From assembly GCA_029557905.1 (NCBI GenBank), contig JAKQHR010000072.1, positions 23,109-87,108 on the forward strand: 64,000 nucleotides of DNA. Direction: 5' to 3'. The stretch is from Verrucomicrobiota bacterium. GTDB taxonomy: Bacteria > Verrucomicrobiota > Kiritimatiellia > JAKQHR01. Position numbers and translations under genes: made by a program. The notes under the pieces were generated by a model. That model was not told the origin of the DNA. It worked only from the letters and a program-made list of their open reading frames with translations, and made no database searches. The first letter of the stretch is position 1; every line of letters begins with the position of its first letter. Shown piece after piece: positions 29,628 to 39,820 of the stretch.

Positions 29628-30248
29628 ATGGAAATTGCATGTTTAGACCTGGAAGGCGTGCTGGTGCCGGAGATCTGGATCAATGTGTCCAAACGAACGG
29701 GCATAGACGAGCTGAAGCTCACCACCCGCGATATCTCCGATTACAACGTGCTGATGCGGCAGCGCCTTAAAATACTGGAGAAGCACAAGCTGGGGCTGCC
29801 CGACATTCAGGCGGTGATTGAGGCCATGGGCCCGCTGGAGGGCGCTCACGACTTCCTGAACTGGCTCCGGGCCCGCTATCAGGTCATCATTTTGTCCGAC
29901 ACTTTCTATGAGTTTGCCGCGCCGCTGATGCGTCAGCTCGGATACCCCACCCTTCTCTGCCATCATCTGGAGGTGACCGAGTACGGGTTTGTGAGCGATT
30001 ACAAACTGCGCCAGAAGGATCAGAAGCGGCAGGCGGTGAAGGCTTTTCACAAGCTCAATTTCCATGTGATTGCCGCCGGCGATTCATACAACGACACCAG
30101 CATGCTGGCCGAGGCCGATGCCGGCATCCTTTTCTGTCCGCCGCAGAACGTGATCGATGAATTTCCCCAGTTCCAGGTTACAAGGAACTATGACGAGCTG
30201 AAGGTGGCCTTTGCCGCCGCCAGCGCAGCCATTCAAAAGAAAGACTGA
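29628..30248 (+). CDS. thrH: phosphoserine phosphatase / homoserine phosphotransferase bifunctional protein
   Basis: [18 protein letters not shown]...[10 protein letters not shown]...[12 protein letters not shown] is the HAD-family ThrH pattern. Confidence 0.75.
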   Translation: MEIACLDLEGVLVPEIWINVSKRTGIDELKLTTRDISDYNVLMRQRLKILEKHKLGLPDIQAVIEAMGPLEGAHDFLNWLRARYQVIILSDTFYEFAAPLMRQLGYPTLLCHHLEVTEYGFVSDYKLRQKDQKRQAVKAFHKLNFHVIAAGDSYNDTSMLAEADAGILFCPPQNVIDEFPQFQVTRNYDELKVAFAAASAAIQKKD

Positions 30249-30253
30249 TTCCC

Positions 30254-32782
30254 ATGAACGAAAAGTATCCGTTTTACGAGATCGAACCCAGATGGCAGCA
30301 GTACTGGGAAGACCATAAACTGTTTGAAGTGGACACCGCACAGTCCTCCGGCAAGTACTACTGCCTGATGATGTTCCCCTATCCCTCCGGGACCCTCCAT
30401 GTGGGGCACGGCCGCAACTACATCATTGGCGACGCGGTGACCCGTTACAAAAAAATGCAGGGGCTGAATGTGCTGACCCCCATGGGCTGGGACGCCTTCG
30501 GGCTTCCGGCCGAAAATGCGGCCATCAAGACCGGCACCCATCCTCGCGTCAGCACACTGAACAACATCTCGGTGATCAAAAAACAGCTCCGCGACTGGGG
30601 CTGCTGCTACGACTGGAACCGCGAAGTCGCCTCCTGCCTGCCGGACTACTATAAATGGACACAGTGGCTGTTCCTTAAATTCTACGAACGGGGTCTGGCC
30701 TACAAGACAAAGGCGCCGGTCAACTGGTGCCCGTCCTGCGCCACAGTGCTGGCCAACGAGCAGGTTGTGGAGGGCAAGTGCGAGCGATGCGAATCAGAGG
30801 TGGTGCCGCGCGACCTTGAACAGTGGTTCTTCAAGATCACAGACTATGCCCAGCGGCTTCTGGATGACCTTTCCAAGCTGGACGGCTGGCCGGAGCGGGT
30901 CAAGACCATGCAGAAGAACTGGATCGGCCGCAGCGAGGGCACTCAGGTGAACTTCAGGCTGGTGCCGCGCGATGACGGGAAACCGGATCAAAAGACGGAT
31001 ATCCCCTGCTTCACGACGCGCGTGGACACCATCTACGGCTGCACCTACATGGTGCTGGCCCCCGAATACCGCGAACTGGCCGCAATGATTGAAGGCCTGC
31101 CCGAGGAAAAAGCCGTGCAGGCTTATGTCCGGCAGGCGGAACTGACCTCCAAGATTGACCGCGCGGCCGACACGAACGAAAAAACGGGCGTGTTCACCGG
31201 CCGTTATGTGATCAATCCCTACAACGGCGAAAAAGTTCCCCTGTGGGTCGCCGATTATGTTCTTATGGAATACGGCACCGGCGCGGTCATGGCCGTTCCG
31301 GCTCACGACACCCGCGACTGGGCCTTCGCGAAAAAGTACGGTCTCGAAATCCGCATTTCGATTCAGAATCCGAAAGGCACACTGAAGCTGGCGGAGATGA
31401 AGGAGGCCTATGTCGAGGACGGCATCACGGCGGACTCCGGCCCCTTCACGGGCCAGCCGAATCGCGATGCGATCCGGGAGATGACCGAATACGCTGCGCA
31501 GAAGGGCTTCGGAAAAGCCACGATCCATTACAAGCTGCGCGACTGGCTGATCAGCCGCCAGCGCTACTGGGGCGCGCCCATCCCGATGATCTACTGCGAT
31601 TCCTGCGGCATGGTGCCGGTGCCGGAAAAAGATCTTCCCGTGCTTCTGCCGGACGATGTGGAGTTCCGGCCTCACGGGGAATCCCCGCTGCGCAGCAGTG
31701 CGACCTTCATGAACGTGAAGTGCCCCAAATGCGGGATACCCGCGCGCCGGGAGAGCGACACCATGGACACCTTCGTGGATTCAAGCTGGTATTTCCTTCG
31801 TTATTTGAACGCGCGGGATGACCGGCAGGCCGTTGACAAAAAGATCTGCTCGGAATGGATGCCGGTGGATCAGTACATCGGGGGAATCGAGCACGCCATC
31901 CTGCACCTGATGTATGCGCGCTTCTTCACAAAGGCCATGTGCGATATCGGCCTGATCACGTTTGACGAGCCCTTCGCCCATCTGTTCACACAGGGCATGA
32001 TCTGCAAGAAAAGCGACAAGGACGGACAGCTCTACAAGATGTCCAAATCCAAGGGCAATGTGGTCAGTCCCGCCGAGCTGATCCGCGAATACGGCGCCGA
32101 CACTGTGCGGCTGTATACATTATTCATCGGCCCGCCCGAAAAGGATGCCGAATGGAACGATGCCGGCGTCGAGGGAGCCTACCGCTTCCTGAAGCGCATC
32201 TGGAAAAAGGTTTATGACCATCGTGACCTGCTGATTGCGGCAAAGGCGCTGGAATCCGACTTGAATGCCATGGAAGAACCGGAGCGCAATCTGTACCGCA
32301 AGATGCATGAGTCCATTCAGCGCATCACGCGCGACCTGGAGGGGGCTTTTCATTTCAACACGGCCATCGCTCAGATCATGGAGCTGATGAACGCGCTCGA
32401 TCAATTGTCCGTGTCAGCGGACAGTTCGGAAAACTGCCGCGCAGTTTTCCGTGAAACGGTGGAAACCATTCTGATCCTGATTTCGCCTTTCGCTCCGCAT
32501 ATCGCGGAGGAACTGTGGGCGGAACTGGGACATCAGGGCGGGATTCTGAAGGCCGCGTGGCCGAAAGTCAACGAGCTGGCCCTGCAGCGCGACGAGATTG
32601 AGCTGGTCATCCAGGTCAACGGCAAGCTGCGCGGCAAGATAACCGTTCCGGCAAACTCCAGCAGCAAGGATGTTGAAGCCGCCGCCCTGGCATCGCCTGA
32701 CGCCCTGCGGTGGATAGAGGGAAAAACGGTGCGCAAGGTCATCGTTGTCCCCGGGAAACTGATCAATATTGCAGCATCATGA
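30254..32782 (+). CDS. leuS: leucine--tRNA ligase
   Basis: HVGHGRNY (HIGH), KMSKSKGN (KMSKS), CP1 editing domain. 842 aa full length. Confidence 0.9.
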   Translation: MNEKYPFYEIEPRWQQYWEDHKLFEVDTAQSSGKYYCLMMFPYPSGTLHVGHGRNYIIGDAVTRYKKMQGLNVLTPMGWDAFGLPAENAAIKTGTHPRVSTLNNISVIKKQLRDWGCCYDWNREVASCLPDYYKWTQWLFLKFYERGLAYKTKAPVNWCPSCATVLANEQVVEGKCERCESEVVPRDLEQWFFKITDYAQRLLDDLSKLDGWPERVKTMQKNWIGRSEGTQVNFRLVPRDDGKPDQKTDIPCFTTRVDTIYGCTYMVLAPEYRELAAMIEGLPEEKAVQAYVRQAELTSKIDRAADTNEKTGVFTGRYVINPYNGEKVPLWVADYVLMEYGTGAVMAVPAHDTRDWAFAKKYGLEIRISIQNPKGTLKLAEMKEAYVEDGITADSGPFTGQPNRDAIREMTEYAAQKGFGKATIHYKLRDWLISRQRYWGAPIPMIYCDSCGMVPVPEKDLPVLLPDDVEFRPHGESPLRSSATFMNVKCPKCGIPARRESDTMDTFVDSSWYFLRYLNARDDRQAVDKKICSEWMPVDQYIGGIEHAILHLMYARFFTKAMCDIGLITFDEPFAHLFTQGMICKKSDKDGQLYKMSKSKGNVVSPAELIREYGADTVRLYTLFIGPPEKDAEWNDAGVEGAYRFLKRIWKKVYDHRDLLIAAKALESDLNAMEEPERNLYRKMHESIQRITRDLEGAFHFNTAIAQIMELMNALDQLSVSADSSENCRAVFRETVETILILISPFAPHIAEELWAELGHQGGILKAAWPKVNELALQRDEIELVIQVNGKLRGKITVPANSSSKDVEAAALASPDALRWIEGKTVRKVIVVPGKLINIAAS

Positions 32783-32967
32783 GCAGAAAAATCGTCCAGG
32801 CGCCGGGGTTTGTACGGCTTTGGTTCGGCCTCACGGCCAATGAAAGGCTTTACATCGCGGTGGTGCTGCTGATTGCCCTGATCGGGCTGTTTGCGCGCCA
32901 TGCGCACCTGAAAAGAGAACGGGCCGTGCCGTTTGACCCGGCCGAACTTGAACAGAGAGGATACTGA
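32779..32967 (+). CDS. small membrane protein (62 aa), hypothetical
   Basis: ATG overlapping the leuS stop (ATGA). One TM helix [15 protein letters not shown]. Weak call. Confidence 0.3.
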   Translation: MSRKIVQAPGFVRLWFGLTANERLYIAVVLLIALIGLFARHAHLKRERAVPFDPAELEQRGY

Positions 32968-32968
32968 C

Positions 32969-33388
32969 ATGAGCACAGACTGCCTTTTCTGCAAAATAGT
33001 CCGCGGGGATATCCCCTGTGCCAAAGTGTATGAAGATGAGAACTTCCTGGCATTTCTGGATATTGGTCCGATCATCAAGGGTCACACGCTGGTGATTCCG
33101 CGGGAGCACTATGCCTCGCTGCCTGAAACTCCCGCGCCCCTGCTGGCGGACATGATGAGCGTTGTGCAGCGGATCGCGGGCGCGCAGATGAATGCGCTGA
33201 AGGCGGACGGCATCAATATTGTTCAGAACAATGGCCGCGCGGCCGGACAGCTGGTCGACCACATTCATTTTCACATCATTCCGCGTTTCACCACAGATGG
33301 CCACAAATGGAACTGGGCCGCCAAGTCCTATGATTCACCGGCAGAGATGCAAAGCATGGCGGATCAAATCAGCGCCCGCTGTTCCTGA
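32969..33388 (+). CDS. HIT family protein (histidine triad nucleotide-binding)
   Basis: CLFCKIVRGDIP...VDHIHFHIIPR is the HxHxHxx HIT motif. The start is set at MSTDCLF. Confidence 0.75.
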   Translation: MSTDCLFCKIVRGDIPCAKVYEDENFLAFLDIGPIIKGHTLVIPREHYASLPETPAPLLADMMSVVQRIAGAQMNALKADGINIVQNNGRAAGQLVDHIHFHIIPRFTTDGHKWNWAAKSYDSPAEMQSMADQISARCS

Positions 33389-33432
33389 CGGGCCGGGTTG
33401 ACAGAAACGGGAATTGGAGTTTAATTGACTTC

Positions 33433-33858
33433 ATGAATAAGGGGAGTTTCGAAGAAGCGCTGCTGCAGCTGGCGGAGGAAAATCCGCAGTACGACCCCCA
33501 TGTCTACGGATTCATGCGGGAGGCGCTGGATTTCACCATCAAGCTGCTCAAAAAGCCGGCCGAAGGAGAGGCTCGCCATGTCACAGGCCGGGAACTGACA
33601 GACGGCATCAGGCAGTACGCCCTCAGGGAATTCGGCCCTCTTGCCAAGACTGTGCTGAATCACTGGGGAATATTCACAACGGAAGATTTCGGAAAAGTCG
33701 TCTTTCTGCTCATCAGCAAGGGAATTTTTGGAAAGAGTGAAAAGGATTCGGCTGCGGATTTCGCAAACGGCTACGATTTTGAAGACGCCTTCAGAACTCC
33801 TTTCAGGCCGCTGGCCGGCCGGGCGGAGAAATTCTTTGAGCAAAAGGAGCTGTTCTAA
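33433..33858 (+). CDS. hypothetical protein (141 aa), first gene of a translationally coupled trio
   Basis: No motif assigned. Its stop overlaps the next start (TAATG). Confidence 0.5.
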   Translation: MNKGSFEEALLQLAEENPQYDPHVYGFMREALDFTIKLLKKPAEGEARHVTGRELTDGIRQYALREFGPLAKTVLNHWGIFTTEDFGKVVFLLISKGIFGKSEKDSAADFANGYDFEDAFRTPFRPLAGRAEKFFEQKELF

Positions 33859-34238
33859 TGGAAAATCAGGAAAAGGATAAAGCCTCTCTTTTCTCGCAGC
33901 TTGTGGCGATGTTCAGCACATCGGCCATGCATCATCTCGGCAAGCTGGTGGACCCCGGCTCGGGCAAGGCCGAAGTCAATCTCGACGGCGCGCGCATGTC
34001 CATTGATCTGCTGACCATGCTTCAGGAGAAGACGGCCGGGAATCTGACGGAGGACGAGGACCGGATGCTGAAGGAGGTGCTGACCGTTCTCCGCCTGAAC
34101 TACGTGGAAACCGCAAATCAGTCCCCCCCGCCCGCTTCGTCTGCACCCGCGCAGGATGATAAGCCGAAGAGGGAAAAAGCTGAATCCGCGGCAGGGAAGG
34201 AAGAGAAAGAACCCCGCTTCCACAAGTCATACAGCTGA
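33858..34238 (+). CDS. DUF1844-like small protein
   Basis: MENQEKDKASLFSQLVAMFSTSAMHHLGKLVDP..GKAEVNLDGARMSIDLLTMLQEKTAGNLTEDE matches my recollection of the DUF1844 pattern. Lys/Glu-rich tail. Confidence 0.45.
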   Translation: MENQEKDKASLFSQLVAMFSTSAMHHLGKLVDPGSGKAEVNLDGARMSIDLLTMLQEKTAGNLTEDEDRMLKEVLTVLRLNYVETANQSPPPASSAPAQDDKPKREKAESAAGKEEKEPRFHKSYS

Positions 34239-34933
34239 TGGTCAGACTTATCAAATGGGCCGATGCCGCAGCCAGGGAGGTTTGGGCCTTCCTGAAGTTT
34301 GCAGGCCATCTTGCCCGGCCGTCATCGCATCCGGCCGTTCAAGTGAGCGGCCTGCTGAGCCTGGCCATCCTGATCGGCCTTCTGGCCTATATCTCCCGCG
34401 CCACAGTGCACTATGCATATATCCCGCCCGGTGAATCTGTGCTCCAACAGGCGGAACTGCACCTGCTGACCGCGGTCAGGGCGGAACCGGATGCCTTCAA
34501 ACCCAACATGCGGCTTCCGCATCGAAGCGAGATAAGAAGCTCGGGAGCCATCCATCTGAAGGCCTTCTTCCCCGAATATGACCTGATGCATGTGGATGAC
34601 CCCCGCGTCTGGTGGGAAAGCGACCATGATACAGATGACGTGGAGGATGATCATCTGGTGCACTACGCCATGGAAATTCCCTTGAAGCGCCTGATTGAGC
34701 TGGTGCATCGTGAAGGAGGAAAACTGAAGGTTCAGGACGCCTACCGCGCGGACGGGATCCATTACCCCAAATCACTTCACAAGGAAGGCAGGGCCATTGA
34801 TTTGACCTGCGAGAACATGACTCTCGAAAAGCTTGCCAAGCTTTGCTGGGCCGCCGATTTTGACTGGGTCTTCTATGAGGCTCCGAAGGGCGGAGGTCAT
34901 CACATCCATGCCTCCGTCCGCGCCGACCGGTGA
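34238..34933 (+). CDS. membrane-anchored Hedgehog N-terminal signalling (Hedge) domain-like protein, LAS/M15-type zinc peptidase fold
   Basis: KLKVQDAYRADGIHYPKSLHKEGRAIDLTCENMTLEKLAKLCWAADFDWVFYEAPKGGGHHIHASVRADR aligns closely with Sonic hedgehog [69 protein letters not shown], including the Zn ligands H, D and H. N-terminal TM helix VSGLLSLAILIGLLAYI. Confidence 0.6.
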   Translation: MVRLIKWADAAAREVWAFLKFAGHLARPSSHPAVQVSGLLSLAILIGLLAYISRATVHYAYIPPGESVLQQAELHLLTAVRAEPDAFKPNMRLPHRSEIRSSGAIHLKAFFPEYDLMHVDDPRVWWESDHDTDDVEDDHLVHYAMEIPLKRLIELVHREGGKLKVQDAYRADGIHYPKSLHKEGRAIDLTCENMTLEKLAKLCWAADFDWVFYEAPKGGGHHIHASVRADR

Positions 34934-35005
34934 GGTATTTCCCGGCGGCCTCCGTACAATTATGCACTTTACGCAAAGCATAACGGCCGCTATCTTCATT
35001 GCATC

Positions 35006-36319
35006 ATGAATTCAAAGATGGCGGTTGCAATAGGTTCGGATCACGGCGGTTTTGATCTCAAGCAGGCGCTCATTCCATATCTCAAAGAGATCGGTTTCAC
35101 TGTGGTGGACTGCGGCATACGCGACAAGGCCACCGCCGACTATCCCCGCATTGCCTTCGGAGTCGCCCAGCGTGTGGCCTCCGGCCAGTGCGCACGGGGC
35201 ATTGTGATTGACGGCGCAGGCATCGGGTCGGCCATGACCGCCAACAAGGTTCGCGGCGTGCGGGCTGCCGCCTGCTACAGCGTTGCGCTGGCCAACAATG
35301 CCCGCGAGCACAATGACGCAAATGTCTTGACTCTCGGCTCGGGCCAGACCAGTCTGGAGGACGCTAAAGGCATTATAACCAAGTTTCTAGGCACCGATTG
35401 CACCGCGGCGCGGCATCTGCGCCGGGTGCGGATGATAGAGGAAGTCGAGCGCGGCGCGCTGAAAGTTCAGCCGCCGGAATCAGGAAAACAGGAGAACGAA
35501 GTGGACCTTTCACCTCAGGATGTCGAACGGATTGCACAACGGGTCAAACAGCTCATTTCCGGAGGCGGAAGCGCCGCGCCTTCGGGCAAAGCGGCGGGAG
35601 TCACCCCCACCCAACTCGCGGGTATGATTGATCATACCATTTTGAAGCCGGAAACCTCCCGCAGCGATGTTGATCGCATTTGCAAGGAAGCGCTGCAGTA
35701 CAAGTTCTGCTCGGTGTGCGTGAATCCGGTGAACGTGCCCCAGGTGGCCAAGGCGCTCAAGGGCTCAACCGTCAAGGTCTGCTGTGTGGTCGGATTCCCC
35801 CTGGGCGCGGCCGATCCCTCCATCAAGGCCCTTGAAACCCGCAAGGCCATCCGCGAAGGCGCGCAGGAAATTGACATGGTCATCAATGTCGGCGCCCTGA
35901 AAAGCGGAGACTACGACCTGGTTCTGCGCGATATCCGCGCCGTGGTTGAAGCCTGCCAGGAGCGGCGCATCCTTTCCAAAGTCATTCTGGAGACCAGCCT
36001 GCTGTCCGATGAGGAGAAGGTCAAGGCCTGCGAACTGAGCATGAAGGCCGGGGCCAGTTATGTGAAAACATCCACCGGCTTCAGCGGCGGCGGAGCCACG
36101 GCTGCGGACATCGCGCTGATGGCGGCGACGGTGGCCTCCAAGCGGCTGGGAGTGAAAGCCTCGGGCGGAGTCCGAAACTACCAGGACGCCATCAACATGA
36201 TCAACGCCGGCGCCACGCGCATCGGTGCCAGCAGCAGCGTGAACATTATTGAAGAAGCCAAGGCCGTTGCCGAAGGCAGGGAATATAAACCGGATTCGAA
36301 ATCGAAAGGAGCATACTAG
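35006..36319 (+). CDS. RpiB/LacAB-type sugar-phosphate isomerase fused to deoxyribose-phosphate aldolase (DeoC), with an inter-domain amphipathic helix and Gly/Ala/Pro linker
   Basis: The N-terminal half ([15 protein letters not shown]...[20 protein letters not shown]) is RpiB-like. The C-terminal half ([11 protein letters not shown]...CVVGFPLG...KVILET...VKTSTGF) is DeoC class I aldolase. Between them lies [27 protein letters not shown]. Confidence 0.75.
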   Translation: MNSKMAVAIGSDHGGFDLKQALIPYLKEIGFTVVDCGIRDKATADYPRIAFGVAQRVASGQCARGIVIDGAGIGSAMTANKVRGVRAAACYSVALANNAREHNDANVLTLGSGQTSLEDAKGIITKFLGTDCTAARHLRRVRMIEEVERGALKVQPPESGKQENEVDLSPQDVERIAQRVKQLISGGGSAAPSGKAAGVTPTQLAGMIDHTILKPETSRSDVDRICKEALQYKFCSVCVNPVNVPQVAKALKGSTVKVCCVVGFPLGAADPSIKALETRKAIREGAQEIDMVINVGALKSGDYDLVLRDIRAVVEACQERRILSKVILETSLLSDEEKVKACELSMKAGASYVKTSTGFSGGGATAADIALMAATVASKRLGVKASGGVRNYQDAINMINAGATRIGASSSVNIIEEAKAVAEGREYKPDSKSKGAY

Positions 36320-36936
36320 TGGCTGAATTAAGAACATATGTGTTTCTGGACAGTCTGCAACCGCAGCACGCGTCCTTCCTTGCGACCGTGGCGAAGGGAT
36401 TTTTGCCGACGGCCGGACAGGCGTCGCTGTTCGTGGAGATTGCTCCGGGCATCGCGATCAACAGCGTGACCGACGTGGCCCTCAAGTCCACAAACGTGAC
36501 GCCGGGCATGCAGATCGTTGAACGCCAGTACGGCATGCTGGAAATCCATTCGGACTCCCAGGCCGACGTGCGTGAGGCCGGACGCGCCATCCTGCGCGAA
36601 CTGGACCTCAAGGAAGAGGACCGCATCAAACCCAAGGTGCTCACAAGTCAGGTCATCCGGAGCGTGTCCGACTATCAGACGCAGCTCATCAACCGCATGC
36701 GCCATGGAAACATGATTGTCCCCGGCGAAACCATGTATGTGATGGAAATCGCCCCGGCCGGGTATGCCGCGCTGGCGGCCAACGAGGCTGAAAAAGCGGC
36801 GCATATCAACATCCTGGAAGTGCGCGCAACCGGAAGCTTCGGGCGTGTATATCTGGGCGGCGATGAGAAGGATATTGACGTGGCCTACCGCGCGGCGGAG
36901 CAGGCTGTCGAAGCAATCGTGGGAAGAGAAGGTTGA
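36319..36936 (+). CDS. BMC-T shell protein, tandem circularly permuted BMC domains (EutS/PduU-like x2)
   Basis: Both halves show the permuted-BMC pattern (FVEIAPGIAINSVTDVALKS... and MYVMEIAPAGYAALAANEAEKAAHINILEV...GSFGRVYLGG), comparable to EutS [29 protein letters not shown]...FSGALVIYGS. Confidence 0.55.
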   Translation: MAELRTYVFLDSLQPQHASFLATVAKGFLPTAGQASLFVEIAPGIAINSVTDVALKSTNVTPGMQIVERQYGMLEIHSDSQADVREAGRAILRELDLKEEDRIKPKVLTSQVIRSVSDYQTQLINRMRHGNMIVPGETMYVMEIAPAGYAALAANEAEKAAHINILEVRATGSFGRVYLGGDEKDIDVAYRAAEQAVEAIVGREG

Positions 36937-36980
36937 TTTTCCCCGTCATCATCAGAAAACAAAGAAGAGAGAGGTAAGAA

Positions 36981-37283
36981 ATGGCTGAAGCATTAGGTAT
37001 GATCGAAACACGGTCTTTCCCCGCGAGCGTGGAAGCGGCCGATGCAATGGTTAAGGCAGCGAAGGTTGAACTGGTCTCCTTTGAGAAGACCGGCGGAGGA
37101 TATACTTCCGTCGTGGTGCGGGGCGACGTGGCCGCTGTGAAAGCCGCCTGTGACGCCGGGCAGATCGCCGCCGGACGCGTGGGTGAAGTGGTGGCCGTGC
37201 ATGTGATTGCACGCCCGCATGCCAACGTGGACGCGGTCCTTCCGCTGGGACGCGCCACCGAGTCGTCCAAGGCCAAGAAATAA
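36981..37283 (+). CDS. BMC-H hexameric shell protein (PduA/CcmK/EutM family)
   Basis: [60 protein letters not shown] is the canonical BMC domain. Confidence 0.9.
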   Translation: MAEALGMIETRSFPASVEAADAMVKAAKVELVSFEKTGGGYTSVVVRGDVAAVKAACDAGQIAAGRVGEVVAVHVIARPHANVDAVLPLGRATESSKAKK

Positions 37284-37343
37284 TTTAGCGCGCAAAGCGG
37301 CCGGGCGGTGATGCCGCCCGGCCGCCTTCAGGAGTTCCAAGGA

Positions 37344-37640
37344 ATGAATCTTGGCAAAGTGATAGGCACAGTGGTTGCCACGCGCAAGGAATCCAGCATG
37401 GACGGCTTGAAGTTCCTGCTGGTGCAGCATTTGGATCACGAACGCAAACCCACCGGTTCTCAGGTCGTCGCGGCGGACGCCGTCGGCGCCGGACCCGGGG
37501 AAATGGTTCTTGTCGCAACAGGCAGTTCCGCCCGCCAGACCGCGGCCACCGACAAACGTCCCTGTGACGCCGTCATCATGGCCATCGTGGACAGCTGGAG
37601 CGTGGACGGCGTGACCAAATACTGCAAGTCAGACGACTGA
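37344..37640 (+). CDS. BMC-P pentameric vertex protein (EutN/CcmL/PduN family), paralog 1
   Basis: [28 protein letters not shown]... The start is set at Met13 of ORF 37308 and is preceded by aagga. Confidence 0.8.
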   Translation: MNLGKVIGTVVATRKESSMDGLKFLLVQHLDHERKPTGSQVVAADAVGAGPGEMVLVATGSSARQTAATDKRPCDAVIMAIVDSWSVDGVTKYCKSDD

Positions 37641-37759
37641 TGGTCAGTCGCTGCGCGCGTGGATGATTCTCCCGGACGGACCTCACGGTTTCCGGTTCCG
37701 CGTTGATTTGCCGCCCGCCAAAGCGGGCAATGTGTTCAGTTATAGACGAAAGAAGGTAT

Positions 37760-39208
37760 GCTATGGCAAAACTGACCGATCAGGATATTGAAGCCATTGC
37801 CCAGAAAATAGTCAGCGATCTGAAAGGCGCAGCCCCTGCCCCGTCCGCATCTGTGGAAAGGACTCCGGCCGCCGCCGTCGCCGGGCCCGGCGTGTTTCAA
37901 ACACTGGATGAAGCCGTCGCCGCAGCAGGCAAAGCCCAGCCCGTTTTCGTCGCGCTTCCGATGGAAACGCGCGCAAAGATCATTGAAAATATCCGCAAGA
38001 GCATGATGGAGAATTCCGTCGCCCTGGCCAAGGCGGCACACGAGGAAACCGGGCTTGGGCGCTTTGAGGACAAGATTGTCAAGAATCAGCTGGTGACCAT
38101 GAAAACCCCCGGGATTGAAGATCTTCCTCCGAAGGCCTATACCGGGGATCACGGACTGACACTGGAGGAGCCGGCCCCGTTCGGCGTTATCGGCTCCATT
38201 ACTCCGACGACAAACCCGACCTCCACCATCATCTGCAACACAATCGGCATGATTGCCGCAGGGAACAGCGTCGTGTTCAACTGCCACCCGAGCGCCGTGA
38301 ACTGTTCGATGCAGACCATTGTCCTTCTCAACAAGGCCATTATGGAAGCCGGCGGACCTCCCAATGTAATCACGGCCGTTGCCAAACCGACGATCGAAAG
38401 TGCACAGGCCCTTATGAAGCACCCGGGCATCCGCCTGCTGGTGGTCACCGGCGGCGGCGGTGTGGTAAAGGCGGCCATGGAGAGCGGCAAACGCGCGATT
38501 TGCGCCGGACCCGGCAACCCGCCGGTTGTCGTGGACGAAACCGCGGATCTCGAACAGGCCGGCCGCGATATTGTTCTCGGCGCCTCGACTGACAACAACA
38601 TTATCTGCGCCGATGAAAAGGAAGTGCTGGTCGTCAGCAGCGTGGCCGACAAGCTGATCCAGGTCATGACGCGCAACAATGCCGTTCTGATCGACAAGAG
38701 CAAGCTTCAGGCGCTGGAGAAGGTCATCTTCAAGGAAATGGCCGGGCCGCGCGGCCATGCAACCGTCAACCGTGACTGCATAGGGAAGAATGCCGATGTC
38801 ATCCTCGCGAAGATGGGCATGAATGTGCCAAGCACAACGCGTCTCGGAATCATCGAGGTGGATCAGAACCATCCGCTGGTCTGGACTGAGCAGATGATGC
38901 CGATCCTCCCTATCGTGCGCGTTCCCGACGCCAGCTATGCGATTGATTTCGCAGTGGAGGTTGAAGGCGGATGCCGTCACACCTTTGTGATGCACTCGCG
39001 CAACATTGACAATCTCAGCAAAATGGCGAAGAAGTGCAATGCCAGCCTGTTTGTGAAAAACGGACGCTCCCAGACCGCATTCGGCCTCGGCGGCGAAGGC
39101 TACTGCTCGTTTACCATCGCCAGTCCCACCGGCGAAGGCATGACCGGCCCGCACAGCTTCTCGCGTTCGCGCCGCTGCATCCTTGTGGATCACTTCAGGA
39201 TTGTGTAA
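37760..39208 (+). CDS. CoA-acylating aldehyde dehydrogenase (PduP/EutE-like) with N-terminal encapsulation-type helix
   Basis: ALDH fold with catalytic Cys region (IICADEKEV...NNIICA) and no C-terminal extension. The N-terminus DQDIEAIAQKIVSDLKG is followed by an Ala/Pro-rich linker. The start is set at MAKLTDQ. Confidence 0.85.
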   Translation, partial: AMAKLTDQDIEAIAQKIVSDLKGAAPAPSASVERTPAAAVAGPGVFQTLDEAVAAAGKAQPVFVALPMETRAKIIENIRKSMMENSVALAKAAHEETGLGRFEDKIVKNQLVTMKTPGIEDLPPKAYTGDHGLTLEEPAPFGVIGSITPTTNPTSTIICNTIGMIAAGNSVVFNCHPSAVNCSMQTIVLLNKAIMEAGGPPNVITAVAKPTIESAQALMKHPGIRLLVVTGGGGVVKAAMESGKRAICAGPGNPPVVVDETADLEQAGRDIVLGASTDNNIICADEKEVLVVSSVADKLIQVMTRNNAVLIDKSKLQALEKVIFKEMAGPRGHATVNRDCIGKNADVILAKMGMNVPSTTRLGIIEVDQNHPLVWTEQMMPILPIVRVPDASYAIDFAVEVEGGCRHTFVMHSRNIDNLSKMAKKCNASLFVKNGRSQTAFGLGGEGYCSFTIASPTGEGMTGPHSFSRSRRCILVDHFRIV

Positions 39209-39819
39209 TGAAGAAATTCCCGGCCATGGCACTGGTGGAGTTCAACGGCATCGCCGTTGGCATGCATGCCACCGACGCCATGCTGAAGAAATCGCCCATC
39301 AATCTGCTGAAGTGCGGAACCATCAGTCGGGGGCATTATCTCACCGTTGTGGCCGGAACAACAGCCTCTGTGGACGAAGCCCTTGATGAAGGGCTCTTTC
39401 TGGCCGGAGACAACGTGGTGGACAGCACATTTCTCCCGGATATTGATACGCGTCTGCACAATGCGATACTGGGGCAGTCGCTTCCCATGAGTGCCGGCGC
39501 CATCGCCGTCATGGAAACGCCCACCGTCTGCTGCAATGTGCGGGCTGCCGAAATGGCGCTTAAGGGCACGCCGGTCGAACTGGTTGAAATCCGCCTGGGC
39601 GACTCACAGATGGGCGGACGCGGCATGTCAATTTTTCAGGGGGAGCTGCACGATATCGAGGCATCCATAGACATTGCGGTCGCCTATCTGCAGGGCAAAA
39701 ACATCGAGCCCGTGTATAAAATCCTCACGGCCCCGCATGAAGGAATGCTTGCGCAGATTGAAAACAGCACCAGGTTCCTCAACTCAACCAACCTGGAACT
39801 TGAAGGGGAGTTTGACTGA
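39208..39819 (+). CDS. BMC-T shell protein, tandem canonical BMC domains (PduT/CcmO-like), contains CC motif
   Basis: AMALVEFNGIAVGMHATDAMLKKSP and AIAVMETPTVCCNVRAAEMALKGTPVELVEI are two canonical BMC domains. The ATG overlaps the aldDH stop (TAATG). The start is set at MKKFPAM. Confidence 0.75.
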   Translation: MKKFPAMALVEFNGIAVGMHATDAMLKKSPINLLKCGTISRGHYLTVVAGTTASVDEALDEGLFLAGDNVVDSTFLPDIDTRLHNAILGQSLPMSAGAIAVMETPTVCCNVRAAEMALKGTPVELVEIRLGDSQMGGRGMSIFQGELHDIEASIDIAVAYLQGKNIEPVYKILTAPHEGMLAQIENSTRFLNSTNLELEGEFD

Positions 39820-39820
39820 A

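Noticed and set aside
37708-37730. GC-rich stem-loop between BMC-P paralog 1 and aldDH
   Set aside because: No downstream U-tract, so it is not an intrinsic terminator. It is kept only as a possible processing or stability element (mentioned under the aldDH finding).
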